In this document: positions 39,480 through 51,900 of the stretch, in pieces
Layout of the letters: each line of letters opens with the position of its first letter
Numbering within the stretch: the first letter of the stretch is position 1
Assembly: GCF_964355755.1 (NCBI RefSeq)
Contig: NC_092670.1
Span: 26,088,795 to 26,152,794 of the forward strand
DNA length: 64,000 nucleotides
Reading direction: 5' to 3'
Source of the DNA: Antedon mediterranea
Lineage: Eukaryota > Animalia > Echinodermata
Translations under genes and position numbers: made by a program
The notes under the pieces: model-generated
What the model was told of the DNA's origin: nothing
The model's input: only the letters and a program-made list of their open reading frames with translations
Databases searched by the model: none

Positions 39480-40430
39480 TTAGGCATACAGACAAAATTA
39501 CAAATAACATAAGCCACAAAGTTCTAAATACTAATACATAACATCAAAACAAAATGTAAACTAATTAATTAATTAGATCTGTATGAAAATACATAATACG
39601 TAAATTGTACAATATATATAACTACAAAAATAAAAACAGAACAACAAAAATACAGGATAGGCGCGCCTAAGAAATAAATAAAACTTACAGATACATCCTC
39701 ATAGAGATGTCTGTAGCTTGTTTACTATATTAAGATTTTTCCTAATGTTTCATTTTCAGTGAATAAATTTTGTCTAGCATAAAGTGGTGTTTTAATTCCT
39801 GAGGTCCACAATTAAAATTATCCCAGTCACCGGGATAATTTTAATCGTACATACTTAATTATTGTCTAACAGAGTTTAATGAAGGACATTTAAATAAAAA
39901 ATGGTTTACTGTTTCTTTTTTGTTAGTACTGTACACATCTTACATAATCCTGTGTCCTCAAGATCTAGAGAGTTAATTTTGATCTTTCTTTAAATTCTAA
40001 ATTGATACTCCTTAAAATTAGTTTTATCTAACAAATATTGTTCAAGGTTTGGTTCCTTTATACATGGTATATTCTGTTAACGTTGTTTTGGATGGAATTT
40101 TGTTTTGCTTTGGGCCTTTGAAAACCACTCGTTATGATCAACTTGTTTATTATTTTTCCTAAATGGCTTTATCCAGTTAGTAGATGGTTCTTCATTAAAT
40201 TTGTCTATAAAATTTGTTTTATTTAAAATATCTTTAGTTGATATAGTAATTGTTACAAAATCTTGGCATTCCCTATAATAACACAGTACCTAATAATAAC
40301 ATGCCTTATAAAAAGTACATGCTTGCTAGTTTTTGATGTTCTGTATTGTTCCTTGTAGTTTGTACTGTAGGTTACATAACAGAACAATTGTATTGTCTTC
40401 CCATTCAATAGACACCCTTCTCTACATAAA
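39480..40430 (-). mobile_element. LINE ORF2 3' relic with C-terminal CCHC zinc knuckle, inside the TIR element
   Basis: Minus strand LDLEDTGLCKMCT...KKETVNHFLFKCPSLNSVRQ (C-x2-C...ET..HF...CP). Confidence 0.6.
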
Positions 40431-41167
40431 ACATAATACACCACACCCCTATCATAATAATGGTATAGTCCATATAAGTCGAGGTGGCCGAAAACGGCAC
40501 CTGATCCGGGATCCGTTTGTAGCATAGTAGGCCTAGGCCCTAGCTAGTAGCCTAGGCCCTAGCTAGTAGCCTAGGCCCGGTGGGCCTAGACCCAAGTAAC
40601 ATGAGTCTCGTTTGTTTCTGTTTGGTGTTTATTATTAGGACCCTTGTAGGCATAGTATAGTGGGGGTGATTGTCGGACCCATTTCAAGACGATGGGGGCC
40701 CATTTTAAGACGATTGGGTACGATTACGCATGGGATATGACCGGTTGGGCCGCCGCTAGTTTCTATGAAACACCCAACGCATCTTTTACTACATTTCGTA
40801 TAATTATTACGCCGTCAGTCAAAGTACGAGCTGTTAGACGTTTTTTTAAATGCAAAATACAAACGTGCAAAAAAGTAACGTATAACATTTTATTGTTTTT
40901 TCAAGATTTTAACAGTTAATGTATTGTAATACAATCAAAATATATAATTACATACTACTACTAGGCCTAACTGTACATGTACTTCATTTTGTTGTTTTTA
41001 TCAAACTATCGTATACAAGTTTAATATTGTTTTTACCAGTTAATCTAATAGTAATACAATCAAATATATAAAATTACATAGGGTAGATGTACCAATTAGC
41101 GGTTTGTCCCAATTATTAATGTAATTTATTATTTATTCATAACTATTATTTATTTTTTATATTAGTA

Positions 41168-42464
41168 CAGTCAACTCTCCCAATACCGGACTCTCCCAAA
41201 ACCGGAATTCACGAAAAACCGGACTTTTTTGGAGGGCCCAATTTGTCCCTATTCTAAATGTACTGTAATTTATTATGAACACCGGAATACCCAATTCCGG
41301 AATCCGGACAAATTATGAAGTACAAAACACGAAAATTAGCGTCTGAAAACCGGACTGACGGTTAAAAAACTCCAAATATTTACGAAAACAACGTAACATC
41401 GTCGTCGCTGACTCGGATTCACTACATTCACAATGTACAAAAGCTTTTAACCATACCCTCACCATGCATGAAGTGCGCGACGTTTCGCGGTACGATCAAA
41501 TAATGTTGCCATGGAGCACTACACTGTGATTGACAGGTCAGTTCATTGTTAACCCACGAGGCGGCAATTGCTTTGTTGCGTATCGAACTGCGGTGGGCTT
41601 TTTCACATCGAAGCGCTATGTCTCTATTGTTTTTAGCAGGGAGTTGTTAACAACTCCCTGTTTTTTAGCATATGAATTGTTTTTTAATAAAGTTAAATTT
41701 ACATTCCTGTGTCTTTGTTTTGTTTAAATTATTGTTAAATTCACAATTGCAATAGGACTTTAAATGTTTCACTAAAAACGGGACTAAAAATGTGCATCAT
41801 TATAAAATTTGGAAATCATTATGGCAAAACATAAACGGAATGAACTTGACTTAACTAGTGTTAATAAACTTTGAAATGTTACCAATTAATTATTGTGTCA
41901 TTATTGCTTGGCTCGTTTACCTAATCAATTTTCATCATTGCTATCAAATTACGTCAAAATAAAGGAGCTTAAAAAACATGTGGTCTAGGTGTGGGCGTTT
42001 TTATTTGATTATGACACCTCTGCACATGCGCATCAATCAAAGCCCTTCACCCATGCTGCTGCTGCTAGCTAGCTCACGAAAAACAATAAACAGACCGAAA
42101 TTATGTTCACCGTACGTACGTACGTAGGCCTTTTTGCCGTTAAAAACACATTGAGAAACAATAATTTACTTTTGTAACATGTTTTATTGGTACAGTAAAT
42201 AATGTAACTTTTAAAAAAGGTAAATTGAATTACTGTAGCTTAATATTAATAAAGTAGGCCTAGGCCTATCAGTATTTATTTAATTAAAACTAGATTGACA
42301 CAATCATAGCCTAGCCTAGGCCTTCCCTACGCTAGGAGACCGTACCGGGCAGCATTCGGTGACAACGTGATGACTTTAAAAATATATTTTCAGGAAACCG
42401 GACTTTCGAAAAACCGGAAAATATATGCCCGCCCAAGGGTGTCCGGTATTGGGAGAGTTGACTG
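41168..42464. mobile_element. pogo/Tigger-type MITE, 1.3 kb
   Basis: TA TSD; perfect 24-bp TIR CAGTCAACTCTCCCAATACCGGAC; repeated AACCGGA motifs. Confidence 0.92.
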
Positions 42465-42922
42465 TATTACTTTAACCCATTGACCATAAGTTTATTTTGC
42501 TCCCCGGGACCTAAAAGGCATATGTCGCATAATTAACCCTAACTTTTTTTCTAAACACAGACATTAAAAATAAAAAAAGTAAAATAATGCCATGGACATT
42601 TTATTTTCAAATATGTTCAGTAGGCCTAGAGGGGTAGAATTTTCTAAAAATGCTCCATCAGCAAATAGTTGCCGTTAGTGGGCCATGGCTTTACTACAGC
42701 AATTAATTTTTTTTTCTACAGCAGAAATTTCAAGGTTTTCAGTATAAATTACTGATATTTCGTGAGATTTTATTGGCCACGAGGACTTGTCCTTTGACTA
42801 TTTAACTGGTCCGCCACACATTTAACTGGTTATTGGCCAGTGGACAAGTGTTATTGCGAATGCTGTACTTATTAGTAGTCCCCACCTGGTACTGATGCTA
42901 GTATTATATATACTTGTTTCAG

Positions 42923-42992
42923 ATGAAGGTGAAAGTACTTTGTAGAAATCCTGATGATTATGTTAGAGATACCAAGAAGGATATTCAAAAAG
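42923..42992 (+). CDS. DCAF13: DCAF13 coding exon 1
   Basis: ATG directly after tttcag; MKVKVLCRNPDDYVRDTKKDIQK; donor gtaata. Confidence 0.95.
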
Positions 42993-45900
42993 GTAATAAT
43001 CTACTTATTAATAATGACCTACTGTAGTAGAATGCATTAGTTAGACAAATCTTTTTATATTATTAATAAAAATACAACTTTCACCATGTTAGTTCACAGA
43101 AATTATGATCCATCATTACATCCATTTGAAGCTCCAAGAGAGTATGTACGTGCACTAAATGCTACAAAGTTGGAACGTGTATTTGCAAAACCATTCCTTG
43201 GGTCACTGGATGGTCACACTGATAGTGTACAATGTTTGGCTAAGCATCCTATGAGTCTTTCAACATTACTTTCTGGCAGTTGTAATGGTGAGGTATGTAT
43301 TGTTTATCCTGAGTAATTAACCCCATAGCACTCTTAGGCAAAACCTCTCACAAACTAAAACTAAGAAATGGATCAAAAATTTTGTTTATAAAAGTAATAG
43401 TCATAAGTTTGATACATCTGTGTTCAAATTAATCCTTAAACAAGATCTTTCCAGACATATAATTTATTATTCACATGGCTACATAAGAAATAGTATATTT
43501 TTAACTTTAAAGACGCGTTACTTTTTTAAATTTCACGAACGTGTTGGAACCTCTGAAAATCCACTTCATTGGGATACTATACCTACTTTAACAGCACTAG
43601 TCTCTCAATTGTACACACGCGCACCAGAGATCAAATTGTATATATATACAGTGGAACCTGTATTTTACGTACACTTAAAATAACCGATGATGTCATCATT
43701 TTCTTACATTGAGGGCGCAATTTAACAACAACAAACAAAGCCATGGCTGTGTAAGGAATTCTGCTGTGTAAGACAAGCTACACACGTGCATTCCCCCTAC
43801 AACAGCGACAGTTTTTATTGATAGAAAATAGAAGAACATTGACGCACAGACTGCATAAACAGTACTGTACTTTTCTAGTTAGGCCTCAAATCTTGCTAGG
43901 TCTGCTAGCCTGGCCTAGATTAGTCTAGGCCTAGCTAGTGACCACCTGCGTGCTGTACAGTAAAGTAGGCCTAGGCAAACACGTAGCCTTTGTAGCTACG
44001 ATCTCTACGTATTTGGGGTCAATTTAAGGTCAACCTTGATTTTACGAATCTCTTGTTTTACGTACGCCTTTCGGTCCCGTACCGTACGTAAAATGAAGGT
44101 TCTACTGTATATATAAATCCAAAGGCAAATTACTGAAAAAATGACAATGCTGTGAGTATCAGTGGCTGGATCTCAATGGAGATACAAAATAAAAGTGAAA
44201 AGCTAAATCAAAACGAGAAGTAAAACAGCCAGAAAAGTTAGCAGAGCTTTCGGGCAACACTAGCCCTTCATCAGTGCAAGTGAGGGAATTTGGATAAAGT
44301 CATAGCATAGGAGTTGGCTAGTGCTGCCTGGGTAGACGGGAATAAAAGAAATATAACAATAGAAACAGCGTGTTGAATAGTGGGTGGAGACTGAATAAGA
44401 GTAGAAAACAAAGAGGTAGCTTGGTAGAGATATAAACAATTTTGGAATGGAACTAAAAAAAGCTAAAATGGTGGTTAATATTGAAACTTATATATATATA
44501 TATATATTTCAAATATCTTTTTGTGGTTATCTCTAATAATAAATGATTGGTTTTTGCAGCTGAAGATATGGAACTTGGCAAATCGCAAGTGCTCAAAAAC
44601 ATTGACAGCACATACAGGTTTTGTCAGAGGTATATGTATAGACTCTAAAGCATCCTACTTCCTCTCTGTAAGTATTTTACTGTTTTCCAATTTCACCAAT
44701 TTTTAATGCAGATCCTGGAATTGGTTATTTCTCTTGAAAATCGGCCTAGGCTAGCTAATACGGGCCTCAAAATCTAAGATAACTCCACTGTATTTTAAAA
44801 CAAATTAAACAACATTATTTCTTCTACACATATCTCGTACAACTTAAAATCCAGGTACAATGATCAGTGTATATAATCCTACTCCTCTCTCCATACCTAC
44901 ATAATTAGTAGTGAAGTAGAAAAGTTGTCAATTTTCAGGCGTGGCATGTCCAGTACAATGGAAATAGCAAATGTATATTAAATATGTATTGTTTCCCCAA
45001 AATCATGAAAGTTTTATAAAATCTGACTTTTAATAGCCTATTTTGCAGTTTTATTAGTATTATATAGAATAGTAGCAGGACGATTCGGCACACTTAAATT
45101 TATCGTCTTTGATATGCATTTTGTAAACATAAAATAAGCTTTTTTCCTCAAACTTTATAGAGTTGGTAGAGACTATGGGGTAGTACTACTAAGGATAAAG
45201 ATGCAATAAAGCAAACATTTTGAAAACATTGTCGAAAATCATCATTTTTTAGTCACGCGAACAATGTAAACAAGCCCTCTGTTAGCAGCTTGGTGAATGC
45301 ATGAAATAAACAAAGTTTTCGAAGTAAAAAATTGAATATAAAACTAGATTTGAACTCGTCACTTTGACTAGTTCGGGTTATCCGCGGAAATGCAACATGC
45401 ACCACATTACATTATATGAATGGCGACGATTATTTTTTTTACGGTTAAAAATAAGTTGATTCTAGTAATTTTAGCGGCCCGCTATAAATCCCAAAATGCA
45501 TTGCGCACAGATTGATTTTTTTTTTCCTGTAATTCCCCCACTTTTTTGATCGATCGTGAGGCCAAAACAAATGGAAGACTCCTAACTTGTAATCGAAAAT
45601 ACCGGGTTTTCCCCAATTTTTATCAATGGAGTCTGGCAAAAATAGAAAGACAATGAATGAATGCAGCAACTATACAATGTCAGGCTAGGTATATTGCTAG
45701 CGTACGATGTTCGTACGTTACCGATGTTTACCAGCTAGGCCTACAAAACTAAGCCTAGCTAGGCTAGGCCTAATATATAAAGACCGTCCACGAGAGTTCA
45801 TTCGCCACGAGCTACTTGGGTGGTGCATTGTTTCTCACTTTTTATCATAATTTACCATAAAACGTACATTTAAGACAAGGAATGACTTGGTTTAATTTTT

Positions 45901-48900
45901 TTTAAAGTAATTATTATTTTTTTTAAAGTAATTATTATTTTTACGAAACGTCACAAATTGTAGGGAAGGTGTCTTTAACAATTATTATTACTAAAAACTA
46001 TTAATAGTAACTGGCCACTGTCTGGCTCCCAAATAGCAGGTAAACCCCATCCAGGGCAGTCAGCCAGACAAGAATATGCTGTCAAAACAAGTCATCCAGG
46101 TGTGTTCAGACATGCATGTTACAGTATCAGATTTGTTTTCAATAACATAACACAACCAACAACATTATTAACGTGTTAAAGAAATTTTGATACGTAGATT
46201 ATAGATTCTTTAAAATGTGATGATCATGCAAAAGATGAAAATGACTTTTTAAATTCAACTGGTCATATGATGACATCACAACATCTGATACACAAACATG
46301 AATTCATATCTATAATTCAACAGCTTCCAGAAAATATTTTAATAAATGAGTATCACTATTTATTCTGAAGAGCTATCACATATTGAAATTTACGGGAAAG
46401 ATGAAAATAAGTGACCCATGTTATTCACTGTCATCAAAATTGATTGAGCAAACAAATATTAATATCTGGGAGAAATTAAGTTATGGAGATGCGCTCTATT
46501 AAATGTGATGAGCTATGACGAAAGAGGCAACAATCCTATATTTTATATTCGGGTGGCCAGACAAAGACGTCATAACATCCGAAAGGTAACAATTTTGAAT
46601 GAATTCATATCTACAACTTATCTACATGCTTTATAAGTTAAACAAATTTGGGGTCAATGTTAATCCTAGGGAGCTATAATAGAAATAAAAATAGGCATGA
46701 TTTTGACAACAGTTTGTAAATTAACTAAATCGCATGTAAATTGTCGGTCATTTCAAGTGGACAAGGTCTAAAATTCTTTTAATTACTAGATAAAGCTGGA
46801 AAAATATAATGGAAATGAAAAAAACATGTTATACTCCGAGAACACTGTACACGTAAAAGAGTTTGCGTGTGTGGGAATTTTTGACATGCTTGATTAGCAT
46901 GATTAGCGTAGAAAGTTTGTAAAGAAAATTCTCTCAGCATCTATTTGACTCTGTAAGTGTCAATACAAAATGATCAATCATTGAAATTCATAAAATTGTG
47001 TGCAAGTCACGTTGCACAACTTCAAATGTCGATATGTTGACGAAGTTACAACATTTTACATGCGACGCACACCACTAGGGTGGAAAGGAAGAAGAATAAT
47101 TCAGAAAAAAATGGTGATGATCTTAGACAATCACAAGGAGTTATCCGCCAAGGTGTGGATAACTAATTATATTTATGTTGATAAAGATTGTCTCAATTTT
47201 ATTGTTTAGGAACAACGAATTTATTGAATTACATGTCAATCAAATAGTAGGTCTTGTATATTAAATTTGGTTTGTTAAAAAGTCAGAACTACACAAAAAC
47301 AGAAAGCCACTCCGAGAGTGCATACCTCTGCCTACTGTAAAATTCTTCTACATCAGATTTAGTCACCGGAAAGTGTTTGTGATTTAGGCTAATTTCACTA
47401 CAAGCATGTGTATGCGAGTTTAGTGTAAAGGTTATGTGACCAGCCTTTCAACTAACAGTAGATTCAGCCGACTAATAATAGAACAGAAAAGGCAAAAACA
47501 AACAAGTGAAATTGAAAAGAAATAGGGTTTTTAAACTGCTCGCATAATAAAACTTGTACATTAACTCTGATTGTGTTTTAAAATTACAAATCACAAAATA
47601 TAATTCTTGCCTCTTGTACAAAAATGAAGTTTTTTGGACAAGTAGTTCTCAAGAAAATACAATTTTAGTTTACTTGTTATTTTAAGACTGCTTATTTTAA
47701 TTTCAGTAAATTAAAATAATTGTTTTATTTTTAAAACTGATAACTGCTGTAGCTACATGAATATTTATTTTTCTTTTATGAAGGTTGGTGATGATCAAAC
47801 AATAAAACAATGGAGTTTGCCTTGTACAGAAACTGAAGTTGAAGATGCACCTATCAACACTATAATAGGAAAGGTGTACATTTTAATTTCCATCTTATAC
47901 CCATCAACAAAATAATAAATAAAATATGATTTTGACACGGCCCCAGGACATGTTCTAGGAATATGTGTAATTAATTAAAACTCCAACGATATGGTTGGCC
48001 GGCTACTAATATTAAACATTTGGCGGCCCAGCATAGTATTTGTAGATCCGCCCATTGCTGTACACAACAGGGGATGTTGTGTAGTTGATATGTGACATAA
48101 CAACTCGCGAAACATGCAGCTGAGACGTCAAGTTTTTTTTATTTTTTTGCATTTAAAAAAATGTTTATCCTTAAAATTCAGGTAAGTGATGTAACCTATC
48201 GTGTACGGCCCATCAAGAAACATTAGTGTGCCAAATGTGAGCATGTACCATTCAACGGTTTCGGAGGAGATACGTAAAATGATGCGACCAATTTAGTAGC
48301 ATTAATAGATAACGCATTTGCATTGTATACTTGCATGATAAATCTTCCATACATTACACTAATTTTAAGTTGTTACCCCAACAAGTTCACCATTGGCATG
48401 TCATTACAACATAACAAAAGAAAGCTTTCTTCTGATTTTCTTTAAAGGTCACATGGCTTTATGTGTAGTGCAACCGACTTTGCTATCGGAGGTACCGGAA
48501 TCAAACCCTATCATAGATGACAAATTTCGTTTTTGTAAAAGCACAAGTTAACGGAGTACTTACTCGAACGTTTCGATCTCTATCAGAGATCCTTCTCAAC
48601 TGACTGCGGAGTGTTAATGCAGCTTGGTCATTCTTGACGTCATCTGTTGATGACGTCGTACGCCTCCGGTTGTATGTTGGAGGTTGTGCGGGGCTCGGCC
48701 AGGTGATGTGTCTATCAAATCATTGTACAAATGCGAGAGTTCGTGGGCTCCAGTGTCCCGGTTCATGGTCTTCTCTTTATTTCTCCTTATATGTAATGAT
48801 TCTCTAATCTGTCTGTCTTTGCGTTTAACCTCCAACATACAACCGGAGGCGTACGACGTCATCAACAGATGACGTCAAGAATGACCAAGCTGCATTAACA

Positions 48901-51900
48901 CTCCGCAGTCAGTTGAGAAGGATCTCTGATAGAGATCGCAACGTTCGAGTAAGTACTCCGTTAACTTGTGCTTTTACAAAAACGAAATTTGTCATCTATA
49001 CAAAATCGAAGCTAAATGAAATTCTTTCAAGAAACCCTATCATGTGGACAAAATTTTAAAAGATTACACTTCGCGTATATTTTAATATTTCCATTTAAAA
49101 TCAGTCATAAATAAAAGAACTTTAATGTGCACGCTTACATTTTATTTGTGCGTGGATAACCAAATTTGTCCCAAGTGACTAGTCCCAATCTACTTACTAT
49201 TTTTACTAATTTTTGCAGAGTATTTTTATGTCTATTGATCATCATTGGAAGAAACCATTGTTTGTTACAAGCGGGCAACAAGTAGATTTATGGGATATCA
49301 ATCGGGCTGAGCCTTTGAAGTCATTTGAATGGTGTACAGATAGTATTCATAGTGTGAAATTTAACCCATTAGAGGTAACTCCATATTTTAACAATTCTTA
49401 TTTAGTATGTGAACTGAATGTTAGTTTCTTCACTGTAAATGGCAAATCATTAGATAACGGATGACTTAAAAAATACAATTAAAATGAATAATTTTCTTTT
49501 TAGGTATCTGTTTTTGGTAGTTGTACAGCGGAGCGTAATATTATCCTGTATGATATCCGTGCTAATACACCACTGAAGAAAGTTGTCATGTCCATGAAAA
49601 CAAATACTATTGCATGGAATCCAATGGAATCATTTATATTTACAGCTGCCAACGAGGATTACAAGTATGACATTATTTGTTGTAAAATATATATCAATTG
49701 GTCATTCAAATATAATTTGTCAAATTCTTCTTTATCACAACAGTACACTGTTGAAAACCCCTCCATAGTCTAGGTTATAAACTGCATTTTGTATTAATAT
49801 TGATAACAAGATAAATATTTTGGCACATGTCGTTTTGTACGTAGAATATATACACTTTCCCCGTTAGGGTGCAATTGGGTTTTTTATTATGCTAAGGAGT
49901 ATGAGCATGTGACATTTCACGCCCACACTGCTGCTGCAGCTGGTGATCTGTCATTGTCGCGATGTTATTTTTGACGGCCTTTGAGCATGTTTTTTCATGA
50001 AAAGGGCGTTATATAAATGTGGTATATTTTTATTATATTAAAACATTCTTAAATTATTCACAGTGTATGTGATTATGAGATTATTACTAAAATGTCAAAT
50101 TTAACGATATTTGAGAAAAACTTGGCTATATATTCAATAAAGCTAGGCCTACTAGAGTGTAGGTATGTACCAATGCTGCTTGGCCTCTAGCTAGGCTGAT
50201 AGCCCTACAGCAGTAAGGTTTGTTTTGGCAGTTAGCACCAAACCTCGGCCTACCCATGGGCCATGATAGGGTGCCTGAATAGTTGCTCTTCAGTCAGGCC
50301 TAAGCTTCCACACAGCTTTACTATTCTGAGCAATTTACCATTCAGGATGTTGCATATTCACAATTCTTAATGTGCGAGAAAACCCAGAAACGATGAATGG
50401 GGTGAAATGGCCAAGCATTTTTTAACCCATGAATACATAGGCTAGGCCTAGCTTAAAATTAATAATCAATTTGATTAAGATTATTATGAATATACTGTTG
50501 TTTTACAGTGCAATTCATGATGTTACATGTAAATTGTACTGAAGTTTTTATCTGAAATATTACTTAAGCAAATCACATTAATTTTGTGTATAAAAATCGC
50601 CATTTTTCGACACATTATTTTACCAAAGGGGAGACATTTCACCGGCGACTAAAACACGTCAGTCGCTAAGTGTAACAGGTTTCGCAACGTATTGTAAACT
50701 AATAACCCCTAAGTTACTGGAAAAGTGTAATGTATTAAAAAACACTTTTTTTATGTAATCATTTTCATTTAAACATACTGTACTATCCATAATATAAGAA
50801 GAGAAAGTCCGAGTGTAGCCAAAAAGAATTTCTGATACGAGTTGCCATACCAAATTTCATGCTTCTTTACCGTAAATCTTCTGATTGTAACCCTGGGTTA
50901 ATATGATTGTTTTTTAGGGTGGTTACTATTAGAAGGGGGTGGGGTGGGGGGTTTACTATTAAAGTAGTGGGTTACTATTACTAACCTTATATTGGGCACT
51001 TGAAAATAGTAAACCACTCCAACTTTTCCTGTTTGCAAATCATAGCAAAATAATAAAACAGTACAAATAAACAAATTTGTTTGAACTCCATCTTTATTTT
51101 ATACACTCAAAAACACTCAATCCTCCACCATTACCAAGATCAACATGCATTATCTCCTTATTTTCAAACTACAGCTGCATCATAAACGACCAGTCTTCAT
51201 AATGTCATTTTGTCAATAGTTTTTGTGACTCTAATATTAACCCCATGGGTTACTATTAGAGTAGTTATTATTATAGATTGACTTATAAGGTGGGTTACTA
51301 TTAGAAGGGGGTTACTACGTACGTTGTTTTGTCCACCAACGACCACCACCCAATCATTGTAAAATACAATTTTTGTAGATTTTCTAAGCTAGGCCTAATA
51401 ATGGAGAGGGTAACTCCTTGTAATTGTCCTGTTTCTCTTTTATTAGTTATTCGTAATGCAAGTTTTCCGCAATATGTTATTGTATTGGATCATCAAGCGG
51501 ATAACTCCTTGTAACTGTCCTGTTTCATCATATTTTTTTGTCATTTTTGTGCGTCCCATTTCTCTAAAACGTGTAAACAGAACATATCGTAACTTTGTCA
51601 TCATATTGACATTTACGTGAAGTTGTGCACCTTCTAATTTTGAAAAACGTCAAAGTTGCGCAACATAACTTATGCGCGATTTTATGATTTGTTATGATTG
51701 ATCATACGAGTAGGCCCAGCCAAACTTCAGAAAGGTGGCGATGCTGCTGCAGAACGCAAAGATGAAGCAGCAGTGGGTCTACCTCAAAATATATTTTAGG
51801 CGAGGACGTGAATGGTACATAATGTATATTGTTGGTTTTAGTTTATCAACATTTAAAATGATGTATATGGCTACGTAATTATTTAGGTTGAGGCCTAGGC

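Larger units (their letters stand above)
37953..40514. mobile_element. 2.56-kb TIR element with 8-bp TSD, non-autonomous (MULE/Merlin-like termini)
   Basis: TSD GTTTGTAG at 37945-37952 and 40515-40522; ~80-bp TIRs GGATCCGGGATCAGGTGCCGTT..CGGCCACCTCGACTT..ATGGACTATACCATTAT. Confidence 0.88.
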
